From positions 11,496-75,495 of the forward strand of contig JACPUW010000044.1 of NCBI GenBank assembly GCA_016192035.1: a DNA stretch of 64,000 bases, written 5' to 3'. Of the stretch, positions 46,340-55,955 are shown in pieces (position 1 is the stretch's first letter; each line of letters begins with the position of its first letter). A program made the position numbers and the translations under genes. This DNA is from Bacteroidota bacterium. GTDB lineage: Bacteria; Bacteroidota; Bacteroidia; CAILMK01; JACPUW01. The notes beneath the pieces were generated by a model that saw only the letters and a program-made list of their open reading frames with translations, was not told the origin of the DNA and made no database searches.

Positions 46340-47794
46340 AGCCTTGCCCAGGGTTTGGCTGAGCGATACGGGGGTCATGGCTTGGGCCGCCCCGGTGTCC
46401 ATATAGCAATCGGCGGCGAGGCCGTGGAGGTACACGCCCACCTTCGATGCATCTGCGGGGTCAAGCCCCTGTGCCATTAACCCCGCAATCACGCCTGATA
46501 GTACGTCGCCGCTACCGGCCTTTGCCAATCCTGGATTGCCGGTTGTATTAAAATGTATGTGGCCATTGGGCTCAACCACTGCGGTATGCGCCCCTTTTAG
46601 CACCAATATCAAGGTGTGCGCCCGTGCAAAGTTTCTGGCCTTTTGGTGTAGCTCTAGGGTGTTTTCCCAATGGCCCAAAAGCCTTTTCGCTTCACCCATA
46701 TGCGGGGTGAGCACACTAAAGGGATGCAGGGTTTCAATAATATTGTTGTTGTCCGACAATACGTTAATGGCGTCGGCATCAACGACCATAGGTAGCTGGG
46801 CTTTTTTGATTATGTCTCTCATGCCGCTCAGGGCCAATTTGCTGGTTCCCATGCCTGGCCCTATGCAATGCACCATTGAGCCCAAATCATCCTCAGGCGC
46901 GGCCAGCATCATGCCCGGCCAACTAATGTTTATATCAATGGGTTCAGGGCTAATGACATACACTTTTCCTGCGCCCATGTGTTGTGCTGAAATGGCCGCC
47001 AGGACCGCTGCGCCATGGGTCTTCCAGTGGCCAAGTAGTACGCCAACCTTTCCGTACTGTCCCTTATGTGAAAACTTGGGCCTGGAAGGCATAAGTGCCG
47101 CCAATTCTTCCTTTTCCAGCATGTGTTCGCCTGCGGGCGCCGTATGAATGTACTCCTTGTCAAGGCCTATGTCTATAACGCGAAAATTGCCGATTAAACC
47201 CTCATGCTCAGGATAAAAAAAGGCCAATTTGGGTGATTGAAAAGTGAGTGCCCAGTCTGCCGGTATCACGGGGGCTCCCGGTGTTATTGGCCTATGGGCC
47301 AACATCCCCGAAGGGATATCGATGGCCAGGGTATAGGGCCTAATTTTTTTGACCATCTGCACAAGTCCTGCAAAGGGCTCTGTCAAAGATCCGCGTAAAC
47401 CAGAGCCAAATAGGCCATCAATTAGAGAGGCCGAGGCAAGGAAGGGAACATGGCCTTCCATGTCGCCCATTTCAGAAATCCAAATGATTGGAATAGCACT
47501 TGGCAACCGTTCCAGGTTGGTTTTGCAGTCGGGTGAAAGGTGCCTGCCAAAGCAAGCCATAAATACCTTTGTTTCCACCCCATGTAGGTGTAGTAACCTG
47601 GCAATTGCCAAGGCATCGCCTCCATTATTGCCAAACCCGGACAAGACGGCTACCGGGCCTGAGGGCAAGTATGGCCATGCGGCCTCTAACCAGCGATGGG
47701 CTGCCCGTTCCATTAAGTCCAAAGAAGAGATGGGCTCACGACTTATGGTATGCATATCGGCTTGACGCTGTTGTTCTTGACTTAATATTTTCAC
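46316..47794 (-). CDS. nnr: Bifunctional NAD(P)H-hydrate epimerase/dehydratase
   Basis: LMERAA, GNNGGD, DGLFGSG, DIPSG, HKGQYG, GPGMG, VDADA, TPHMGE, AKAGSGDVLSG. Confidence 0.93.
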   Translation of the reverse strand: MKILSQEQQRQADMHTISREPISSLDLMERAAHRWLEAAWPYLPSGPVAVLSGFGNNGGDALAIARLLHLHGVETKVFMACFGRHLSPDCKTNLERLPSAIPIIWISEMGDMEGHVPFLASASLIDGLFGSGLRGSLTEPFAGLVQMVKKIRPYTLAIDIPSGMLAHRPITPGAPVIPADWALTFQSPKLAFFYPEHEGLIGNFRVIDIGLDKEYIHTAPAGEHMLEKEELAALMPSRPKFSHKGQYGKVGVLLGHWKTHGAAVLAAISAQHMGAGKVYVISPEPIDINISWPGMMLAAPEDDLGSMVHCIGPGMGTSKLALSGMRDIIKKAQLPMVVDADAINVLSDNNNIIETLHPFSVLTPHMGEAKRLLGHWENTLELHQKARNFARAHTLILVLKGAHTAVVEPNGHIHFNTTGNPGLAKAGSGDVLSGVIAGLMAQGLDPADASKVGVYLHGLAADCYMDTGAAQAMTPVSLSQTLGKALQVLIGT

Positions 47795-47803
47795 TTTTCT
47801 GCC

Positions 47804-48283
47804 TTAATTAGAGTGTGCTTCTATAAAGTGTACTAGTGCTGCGGGGAATGCCTTTTTGGTGAGGACTACCAAAAGGTAATAGCTGAGGACAAAAAATGCC
47901 AAACCCAAGAGGGCTGCCAGCTTTGGGACTACCAAGTAGAAAAGTATGGACATGACAACAGCCCTTGACGCTGCAATGGCAACGCCCCGGTTCAAATTAC
48001 CAGATAATGTTACGGTTAGCTGGTCGCCGGTCAATTCACAATACACATCGCCCGCACCAAATGCCCGCACAAAATTTTGCCCCCTATGGACCTTTGTCCT
48101 TATCAATCTATTCCTGAATTTCGCGCCAGTATTTATCCTTTCACAGGATGAAGGGTATTGTTTTTCTATGAATTGATATGCCAATTTGCTGAATTGATCT
48201 AAATCATTGGATACATAGGGCCTCTTGTGAAACACTATGCGGCCTTTGAATCGGGGTAAGTAGGTGGTCAGATACTGCTTCAT
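47804..48283 (-). CDS. Hypothetical membrane protein
   Basis: 159-aa ORF filling the gap, with two C-terminal hydrophobic helices; co-oriented with nnr. Confidence 0.6.
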   Translation of the reverse strand: MKQYLTTYLPRFKGRIVFHKRPYVSNDLDQFSKLAYQFIEKQYPSSCERINTGAKFRNRLIRTKVHRGQNFVRAFGAGDVYCELTGDQLTVTLSGNLNRGVAIAASRAVVMSILFYLVVPKLAALLGLAFFVLSYYLLVVLTKKAFPAALVHFIEAHSN

Positions 48284-48433
48284 TATTCCAAATTAGGGAA
48301 AGTGAGGTATGGGACGAAATGTGTGGCAGTGAATGTGGTAAATGTCATAAATAGCTGACAATAAATAGAAAGCGGGGCTAATAACATGAAAGCCTACATC
48401 CATTGGGGCACTAAGGTAACCACGGGCTGGGCA

Positions 48434-48449
48434 GGGCATAGTTGTTGAC
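48434..48449 (+). promoter_or_regulatory. Candidate sigma-54 (-24/-12) promoter
   Basis: GGGCATAGTTGTTGAC aligns with TGGCACG-N4-TTGC at the correct spacing, 27 nt before the gldL-like ATG. Confidence 0.35.
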
Positions 48450-48476
48450 CGACCACCCCGCCTAACTAGCGATTAT

Positions 48477-49013
48477 ATGCCAAAAAATAGAAAGGGTAGT
48501 TTCGATTACCTCAACTTTGCTTATGGACTCGGTGCCGCTATTGTGATAGTGGGTGCCATGTTCAAGTTCTTAGGCTGGGAATATGCCAACGAAATGTTTT
48601 TGATAGGGTTAACTACCGAAGCTGTCATTTTTTTAATAAGCGGGGTTGAATTCAAGACCCCCGACAACACGCTTCATTGGGAGAGGGTTTTTCCACAATT
48701 AGACCCAAAGTACCGGGGAGAGATGGCCAAGATGGACTTGGCAGAGATACAGAACGTGTATTTTAAAAACACTGAACAACTGGCGGGAAATATCAATGCC
48801 TTTAGCGACTCTTTGGAGCGGCTGAACGAAAGTATTACTAGATTGGGGCTGGATGTACAGCGCATTGGAACAAGTATTGACAAAATAGAGCATGCCTCGG
48901 TGAGGTATGAGCAAGAATTGAATACGTTAAGTGATAAAATGAATAAGCTCAACGCTTTCTATAACTCCGTGCAATTGGTGCGCGGGGGAAATGATGGCGT
49001 TGTGCACATGTAA
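48477..49013 (+). CDS. gldL: GldL/PorL-like motor subunit (short homologue)
   Basis: NFAYGLGAAIVIVGAMFK...IGLTTEAVIF...WERVFPQL, then a coiled-coil cytoplasmic tail ending LNAFY. Confidence 0.88.
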   Translation: MPKNRKGSFDYLNFAYGLGAAIVIVGAMFKFLGWEYANEMFLIGLTTEAVIFLISGVEFKTPDNTLHWERVFPQLDPKYRGEMAKMDLAEIQNVYFKNTEQLAGNINAFSDSLERLNESITRLGLDVQRIGTSIDKIEHASVRYEQELNTLSDKMNKLNAFYNSVQLVRGGNDGVVHM

Positions 49014-49023
49014 ACCGCCGTGA

Positions 49024-50601
49024 ATGAGTGTAGGAAATTCAAATAGCCAAAAACTGCGTCAAAAGGCCATTGGCCTTCTGTACCTGCTGTTTATAGCCTT
49101 GGTTTTCATCTATGTGCCTTCTGATTTTCTCGACTCAATCAATGAGACCAACCGTTCACTCGAAAAAACATCCCTGGAACTTTCTGGGCTCAAATCAGGC
49201 AAGTTTATCATGTTTGAAAAGGAGGGGTTTGATTTAAGTATCAACAACCTAACGGATAGCTTTAAGTATCGGTTTATTTCTCAAGTGAGCGACACGGCCT
49301 ATAACCGGATAGCACGCATAAAGCAATTCTTGATAAATGAAACCGGAGGGTACAATGAGTTTGGCTACCCTAAAAAGAGCAAGGAATTTGACATTACCGA
49401 CCACCTAATGCTCAACTCTAACAGGGCTACCAACTTAAAAAAGTCCATCTTGGAGTTTAAAAATAACATCAGGCCCTATTTGAGTGATGGGCAGGAATCC
49501 ATACTCGATTCTATCTTGGTGATCAAAGAAAATGTGGTGGCATCAAATGGCAAAGCCATAGCCTGGGAAAAATTCTATTTCAAGAAAGCGCCACTCAGTG
49601 TCACCCAAATGATGCTTTCCAAATTTCAATCTGAGGTCCGATTGATTGAATATCTGATTCTTGATAAATACGAGCGCGACTTTCTGCACGATATTTTCAT
49701 TCGCTCAGGACTTGCCCAAGCCAAGAAACTCGATGGTGATGCAAGTGAAGAATCAAACCTGGTGTTAAAAAAAGCCAAACCCTACTTTATGGTTGGCGAG
49801 GAAGTGGTATTGGAACCTGAAATAGAAGGGGTGGAGCGTGATGCCATTACATCAGCCAACCTCACGGCCGAATACCGGGTTGGCGATGTGGTAGAGCAAG
49901 CCCAAATAAGCACAGATGGCCTTATCCGCTTTGTGCCGAAAGTGAGCGGAGATTACGAGGTGATGGCAACTTTTGAAGGCAAGGAAAGCGTAAATGTCGC
50001 TATTTCAGTATTTAACCCTAAACCAATCATCAACCGGGAAGAATTGGAAGCCCTATTCCTGGATGTGCGCAACCCCCTGCGTATAGAAGCCGACAACCTA
50101 GACCCCGCAAGCCTGGAAGTAAGCAGCACCATGGGCCAAATAAGAAAGATCAATGACCTGTACTATATCAAGTTTGACAAACCAGGCGAGGTAACCATAC
50201 ATGTAGATGCCACCATTGATGGCAAGAAAGTGCATATCAACAGCCGAAAATTCCTGGTAAAGGAACTGCCAATACCTTATGCATCACTCAACTCAATGAG
50301 GAGCGGAGAAATTCTCGAAGCCCATATGCGGCTCCAACGCAAGCTCATGGTGAAATCTGAAGTATATGAAACCGATAACTTTTACAATGTCAAGGAATTC
50401 AGGATTACCAGGATTTCTGGCGATGGATATGAGGTAAACCAACTCCCTGCCATGAACAAAACGGCCAATTTTGGCCCTCACGCCATAGAAATGGTGAGAA
50501 AGGCAAGCAAAGGCGACCTCTTTGTTTTTGATGAAATAGTGGTGGTGGGTGCCAATGGTAAAGAACACGAACTACAGGCCCTGGCCTTTAAGATAATTTA
50601 A
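49024..50601 (+). CDS. gldM: GldM/PorM-like motor subunit (divergent homologue)
   Basis: RQKAIGLLYLLFIAL TM, WEKFYFKKAPL, LSKFQSEVR, NPLRI, C-terminal KGDLFVFDEI; 525 aa. Confidence 0.85.
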   Translation: MSVGNSNSQKLRQKAIGLLYLLFIALVFIYVPSDFLDSINETNRSLEKTSLELSGLKSGKFIMFEKEGFDLSINNLTDSFKYRFISQVSDTAYNRIARIKQFLINETGGYNEFGYPKKSKEFDITDHLMLNSNRATNLKKSILEFKNNIRPYLSDGQESILDSILVIKENVVASNGKAIAWEKFYFKKAPLSVTQMMLSKFQSEVRLIEYLILDKYERDFLHDIFIRSGLAQAKKLDGDASEESNLVLKKAKPYFMVGEEVVLEPEIEGVERDAITSANLTAEYRVGDVVEQAQISTDGLIRFVPKVSGDYEVMATFEGKESVNVAISVFNPKPIINREELEALFLDVRNPLRIEADNLDPASLEVSSTMGQIRKINDLYYIKFDKPGEVTIHVDATIDGKKVHINSRKFLVKELPIPYASLNSMRSGEILEAHMRLQRKLMVKSEVYETDNFYNVKEFRITRISGDGYEVNQLPAMNKTANFGPHAIEMVRKASKGDLFVFDEIVVVGANGKEHELQALAFKII

Positions 50602-52925
50602 TGAATAGGACAACAACAATATGGATTATAGCCGCGCTGGCTTCCGTCTGGTGGTTGCCGGCCCAAGGCCAGCAACTCCTGCCCGTGGTGGTGAACAACG
50701 ACCTAAACCTGGCCAAGGGCACCTACTTGGCCGACCGCAATATCCTGATAGGCCCTGAAGCCGTGCTGCGCTTGGCACCAGGCAGTAAAGTTCTCTTGGC
50801 CCCCGGTGTAATTATCCGGGTGGAAGGAGGCATGGTCATAGAGGGAACCGAAAGCGAATTTGCCGAGATTACCAGCCAGGATCCGGCCCGGCTTGGTAAG
50901 GGCATCATGGTTACCGGCATATCGGCCAAAGAAATTGTTTTTCACAAAGTGCGCATTCACCAAATAGAAATGCCGCTGGAATTTGGGCATGACTGGCACC
51001 GCCCACTGGTATCCATTACCGGCAGTGAATTTAAGGACAACGTATCCTACACAACGGGCATTTTCGTTCGGGTCCCTGAAAACATTGAGGTTACCGGCAA
51101 TTGCCATTTCCGTATGGTGGGCAATTCGTACATCAACAACATAGGCGGCATATACATAGAAAACATAGACCAGGCCAACTTTCAGGTGACCGTGGGCCGA
51201 AATTTCGTATATGGAAACCGGGCTTATGGCGCAGGCTTGGAGGGCATGCTTACCTCCCCGTTTTTCTTTAGGAGCGATTTTGAAGATGCCAATAAAAATT
51301 TCGTGCTCAAGGACAATGTGTTTGATGAAAACTTTATCCTAGATTCTGAGTTTGATACGGTAATTCACGAAGTTAACGTGGGCGTGGCAGGCAATGCTTC
51401 AAAGGTTTCCATTCCCTTCAACTACTTTGGTCAAGAAAGCCTGGAACAAAAAACAAAGAAGATGGACCACTTTAGCAACAATGGAAGTGCGCCTTTTCTA
51501 AACATTGTGCCTGAGCTTTCATCCCCTCCACAAGATATGCCACCCACGGTAACCTCGGTCATGCTCAATGGTCAGCCAATTATGCCCAGCCCCGATTTCA
51601 TATTTGAGCCACAACCCGAAATAGAACTGGCATTGGTGTTTGCCGATGAGGTGGAAATAGCCAATTCATCCCCGCAGGTACGGTTTACTGCCTATGATGA
51701 AGAAACCGAAACGGAAGTAAGCGGCGTGTTGAGTACCAGTGTTACCTGGACCGATGCCAGGACAGCCGTGTTCCGGAGCAAAGACATTCTCCTTTCCAAA
51801 GTGAAGCGTGTGTTTTTCACCTTTACCGGCATAGTAAGCAAATCGCAGTTCAGCGTTCCTGCTTTCTATCTGGGTGAAAATGGCTACAAACGCTTTATTG
51901 CCAAGAATAAAGCCGCAATCCTTGAAAATAAGGCCCGTTTTGCAGCTAGGGGAGGGGGGCCAGGGGGCACCGAAGGAAATTCACCAATAGACCCAGCGTT
52001 GATTAAGCAACTAATTGAACGACAGGACTCACTGGAAAAACTCTTGGAAGACCTCAAATCAAACGAAAGCAAGAACTACAAGGACATAATGGATGAAGCC
52101 GAAAAGCAAATCACTTTTGGCAGGTATTTCAAGGGGTCTTATGAGTTTGGGGCATTTGTTGGTACGGCATCATACTTTGGCGACCTAACCGGCAACGTGA
52201 ATTTTGTGGATCCAGAAGACGTGGACTGGGCCTTTGGCCTCATAGCCAAATATAATTTTACCGAAAGGGTGACCCTAAGTGCCGGTTTGATTCAAGGGAA
52301 GCTCTCTGGCAATGAAAGCGACAACTTTAGGGGATCTCCATACCAAGACAGGGGGTTTGAATTCTACTCACCACTTACCGAAATCAACCTAAACCTAGAG
52401 TTTAACCTCAATAAACTGGGCTTTGGCAACCAAGGAAGGTTTACCCCTGCGCTTTCCCTGGGTGTGTGCGGGTTTAGGTACCACCCCAAAACCCTATATA
52501 CTTTTGGCACCAAGACCCAGGAAGTGAGCCTATATAGCCTGCGCACGGCCGGCCTTCCTTCTGAAAACTATAGCCTTATCTCTTATGGAATTCCTTTTGG
52601 CTTTCACCTCAAAACCGTGGTAAAACGGCGCTACCTGTTGGATTTTATCGTTTCTTGGCGCTACACCTTCACCGATTTTATAGACGATTTTGGTGAACCG
52701 GGTCTTTACCAAGACTATGCATACTTTGAGAAAATATTTGCCAACAGCGAAATGAACGGTGAACTCATGCGAGATGTGGCCTATAACCTACACGGCTCCA
52801 AAAACCCTGATATATACCATAAGGTGGGCGGCAACCGCCATGGATCGGCCACAGATTGGTACTTCGTTACCGGGCTTTCCATTTCATATATCAAACCCAA
52901 TGAGAAAAAGGTAAAACCACAATAG
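50601..52925 (+). CDS. Secreted beta-helix / coiled-coil / DUF6089 (PorG-like) beta-barrel fusion
   Basis: Signal peptide; beta-helix-like N-terminus (LRLAPGSKV, IRVEGGMVIEGT, N-rich repeats); Gly linker and coiled coil; barrel motifs YFGDL, RGFEF, IPFGF, RYTFTDFID, DWYFVTGLSISY. Confidence 0.65.
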   Translation: MNRTTTIWIIAALASVWWLPAQGQQLLPVVVNNDLNLAKGTYLADRNILIGPEAVLRLAPGSKVLLAPGVIIRVEGGMVIEGTESEFAEITSQDPARLGKGIMVTGISAKEIVFHKVRIHQIEMPLEFGHDWHRPLVSITGSEFKDNVSYTTGIFVRVPENIEVTGNCHFRMVGNSYINNIGGIYIENIDQANFQVTVGRNFVYGNRAYGAGLEGMLTSPFFFRSDFEDANKNFVLKDNVFDENFILDSEFDTVIHEVNVGVAGNASKVSIPFNYFGQESLEQKTKKMDHFSNNGSAPFLNIVPELSSPPQDMPPTVTSVMLNGQPIMPSPDFIFEPQPEIELALVFADEVEIANSSPQVRFTAYDEETETEVSGVLSTSVTWTDARTAVFRSKDILLSKVKRVFFTFTGIVSKSQFSVPAFYLGENGYKRFIAKNKAAILENKARFAARGGGPGGTEGNSPIDPALIKQLIERQDSLEKLLEDLKSNESKNYKDIMDEAEKQITFGRYFKGSYEFGAFVGTASYFGDLTGNVNFVDPEDVDWAFGLIAKYNFTERVTLSAGLIQGKLSGNESDNFRGSPYQDRGFEFYSPLTEINLNLEFNLNKLGFGNQGRFTPALSLGVCGFRYHPKTLYTFGTKTQEVSLYSLRTAGLPSENYSLISYGIPFGFHLKTVVKRRYLLDFIVSWRYTFTDFIDDFGEPGLYQDYAYFEKIFANSEMNGELMRDVAYNLHGSKNPDIYHKVGGNRHGSATDWYFVTGLSISYIKPNEKKVKPQ

Positions 52926-53018
52926 GCTTTCTATATCCTGTTCCAAGTTTCTAAATAACCACTTAACCCATTATTTTACTTACCTTTATCTTCTAAATAC
53001 CGCCATAGGCCCATTCTT

Positions 53019-55346
53019 TTGAACCGCTTTTCGGAAAATATCGTCCTTTTGCTGTGGGTTGCGGTGGCCCTGCTGCTCATGGGCAACCAACCGGCGGATC
53101 CTGATTCTGCAAGTTTGGCATTTCCTTTCTCCAATGCGGCCATAAAGGATACGGGCGCCGCCATTACCAAACTAAAGGAAGCATCAAGATTTGAAAAGGA
53201 CAGGGGCAACTACGCGCTATCGCTAAGGCTACTGTTCAAGCTCCAAAAGTTAATTGACAAAAACGAGGAGCAACTGCTACTGAGCAATATAGATATATGT
53301 GGGGTGTATCTGGCCCAGGGCAACCTGCCACTGGCCAAACAATATCTCTCACAGATAGAAGAAGGTTTATACAAGTTTCATGGAGATAGGTACTTGGGGC
53401 ATTTATACTGGCTCAAGGGAGAAATTGCCTTGGTAGAGCTGCGCCTGGCCGATGCCAATGAACACGCGCTCAAAGGACTGGTACTGTTTAACTCGGCAGG
53501 CAATAAACTAATGACCGCTGAAGCACTCCACCTTTTGTCAAGGGTGTATTTTGAACAAAACAAGCTAACGGCTGCCGCCCAGTGTGCCCGCCGGTATAAA
53601 AAAGTAAGCATGGAGCAGGGCAATGACGTGATGCAGGCCAATGCATTCAATCTACTGGCCCTGGTATATGGCCGGCTAAACATGCGCGACAGTGCACTGT
53701 GGTTTTCAGGACAAGCTATGAAATTGGCCAAGGCAACATCAGCCATACACCAAGAAGCCAAGATTTTTCATACACTTCACCTGGTGTACGACTACTGGGG
53801 GCAACCAAGCCAGGCCTTGGCCTATTACAAACGATACACCTCTCTGAACGACAGTTTGGTGGGCGACAATAGGGCTAGGGAAATAGCCCAACTGGCGGTG
53901 GCCCAAGAAGCCGAAAAACAAAAGGAGGTAAATGACATATTGGTAGAGAAGGCCGCTATTCAGCAATCAGAGATCGATCGCAAGGCATTTGAGTCAAAAA
54001 TGTACCTCCTGGGCTTAATATTGTTTATCCTCCTTGGGGCATTGGCTGCTTTTTCCCTGCTCAAGGCCCGTGAGGCCAACAAAAAACTCCTGCGCCTAAC
54101 CAATGAAATGCGCGAAAGCCGCGACAAGATTTCGCGCACATCAGATAAACTGGCTGATACCAATAAAAAACTGGTGAAAATCCAAGCCGCCCTCATAGCC
54201 CAAAAGGACACTGCCGAGCGGGCCTCTAAAGCCAAAGACGTGTTCTTGTCAAGTGTGAGCCACGAACTTAGGACCCCACTCACCGCAATTCTTGGGCTCA
54301 CCGACGAGCTGCTGCCTACGGCTGAAACCGCACAGACGAAGGAAAACCTGGAGGTCATTAAATTTTCTGGCGAAACCCTGTTGTCACTGGTCAATGACAT
54401 ATTGGATTACAATAAGATACAGAGCGGACGAATTGAGTTGGAAGCCATTGACTTTAACCTAAGGGAGTATTTTGGAAAACAAGTTAAGGGGCTCAAGCCT
54501 CGGGCAAGGCAAAACGCGGTTAACCTTATTTTTACCTACGACCCTGCGCTGCCCGAGTGGGTCAAGGGCGATCCGGTAAGAATTGGGCAGGTAACCAACA
54601 ACCTGTTGAGCAACGCCATAAAGTTTACCCACCACGGCAATGTGGAGCTATGTGTAAACATGGTGGGCCAAGAAAAAGACATTTTCCACCTCCATATTGC
54701 CGTTAAAGACCAAGGCATAGGCATACCCAAGGACAAACAAGCCATGGTCTTTGAAATGTTTACCCAGGCATCTACAGACACCACCCGAAAATTTGGCGGC
54801 ACTGGTCTCGGTTTGGCCATTTCCAAGCGCATTGTAGAACTGTACAGGTCTTCCATTCAGGTAGAAAGCGAACCCGGGATCGGTTCAACCTTTTCCTTTA
54901 TACTGAGCCTGCCCATGGGCCAGCCCACCACCACCATCCAAATGGAACTGGGCGCATCTGATTTGCCCACCGGAATCAATATCCTGCTGGTAGAAGACAA
55001 TGCCGTAAACCAAAAATTGGCCGCCAAGGCATTTTCAGGTGCAGGGGTTGATATTGACGTGGTCTCAAATGGAAAACAGGCCCTAGATGCTATTGAGAAG
55101 GGAGTTAAGGAGTATGATTTAATACTAATGGACATGCACATGCCCGTAATGGACGGCATGGAAGCTACACGCATCATCCGGGCTAAAGGGGGCTACTTGG
55201 CCACCATGCCCATCATAGGCCTTTCTGGGTCCACTATCAAAGAAGAACACGAACTAAAGGATATAGGGCTTAGCGCATTTATGCAAAAACCCTTCAAAAA
55301 GGACGATTTACTCCGCCTGGTAGCCGAGTGGCTGATCAAAGCCTAG
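53019..55346 (+). CDS. TPR-containing hybrid sensor histidine kinase/response regulator
   Basis: Periplasmic TPRs, TM, SHELRTPL H-box, NLLSNAIKFT, GGTGLGL, REC domain (LVEDN, MDMHMPVMDG, KP). Confidence 0.93.
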   Translation: MNRFSENIVLLLWVAVALLLMGNQPADPDSASLAFPFSNAAIKDTGAAITKLKEASRFEKDRGNYALSLRLLFKLQKLIDKNEEQLLLSNIDICGVYLAQGNLPLAKQYLSQIEEGLYKFHGDRYLGHLYWLKGEIALVELRLADANEHALKGLVLFNSAGNKLMTAEALHLLSRVYFEQNKLTAAAQCARRYKKVSMEQGNDVMQANAFNLLALVYGRLNMRDSALWFSGQAMKLAKATSAIHQEAKIFHTLHLVYDYWGQPSQALAYYKRYTSLNDSLVGDNRAREIAQLAVAQEAEKQKEVNDILVEKAAIQQSEIDRKAFESKMYLLGLILFILLGALAAFSLLKAREANKKLLRLTNEMRESRDKISRTSDKLADTNKKLVKIQAALIAQKDTAERASKAKDVFLSSVSHELRTPLTAILGLTDELLPTAETAQTKENLEVIKFSGETLLSLVNDILDYNKIQSGRIELEAIDFNLREYFGKQVKGLKPRARQNAVNLIFTYDPALPEWVKGDPVRIGQVTNNLLSNAIKFTHHGNVELCVNMVGQEKDIFHLHIAVKDQGIGIPKDKQAMVFEMFTQASTDTTRKFGGTGLGLAISKRIVELYRSSIQVESEPGIGSTFSFILSLPMGQPTTTIQMELGASDLPTGINILLVEDNAVNQKLAAKAFSGAGVDIDVVSNGKQALDAIEKGVKEYDLILMDMHMPVMDGMEATRIIRAKGGYLATMPIIGLSGSTIKEEHELKDIGLSAFMQKPFKKDDLLRLVAEWLIKA

Positions 55347-55397
55347 CGAACCATCCTTTCGGACTGAACCTTCCCCCATGCCGGTTGTTCGTTCCGT

Positions 55398-55416
55398 TAA
55401 TTTTGAAAATTCAGAA
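55398..55416 (+). promoter_or_regulatory. -7 promoter overlapped by a near-palindromic candidate operator
   Basis: TAATTTTG (55398-55405) overlaps TTTTGAA-AA-TTCAGAA (55401-55416). Confidence 0.5.
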
Positions 55417-55424
55417 CCAACAAC

Positions 55425-55931
55425 ATGGAGTACCAAGAGGCAAAAAATAAATTTGTACAGGCTTGGGGATCACTGGGCAACAAATGGGGAGTGAACCGCA
55501 CCATGGCCCAGGTGCATGCCCTGCTACTTATTAGCCCAAAACCCCTATCGGCAGAAGACATCATGGGCGAACTGAGCATATCACGGGGAAATGCCTACAT
55601 TAATCTCCGCGCCTTGATAGATTGGCGACTTGTTTTTAGGGAAAGCCAGCCGGGAGATAGGCGGGATTTTTTTAGGGCCGAAAAAAATATGTACTTGGTG
55701 GCCATGAGGATACTTAGGGAAAGAAGGCGCAGGGAATTGGAACCTGTGGTAGCGCTCCTTGACCAGTTCCAATCGGTGAAAGGTGATGATGCAAACGGGG
55801 AAATCAAGGAGTTCAAGGAAATTGTTTCTAAGCTTTCATCATTTACCCAAAATGCCGACAAGGCAGTAGAGCGGTTGCTCAGCGCCGAAGAACAGTGGTT
55901 TTTTGGCACCCTACTGAGTTTGTTTAAGTAA
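55425..55931 (+). CDS. GbsR/MarR family transcriptional regulator
   Basis: WGSLGNKWGVNRTMAQVHALL, ISRGNA, GDRRDFF, ERRRRELEP. Confidence 0.88.
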   Translation: MEYQEAKNKFVQAWGSLGNKWGVNRTMAQVHALLLISPKPLSAEDIMGELSISRGNAYINLRALIDWRLVFRESQPGDRRDFFRAEKNMYLVAMRILRERRRRELEPVVALLDQFQSVKGDDANGEIKEFKEIVSKLSSFTQNADKAVERLLSAEEQWFFGTLLSLFK

Positions 55932-55955
55932 CAGGGCCGCTTTTATGCCCAGGTA

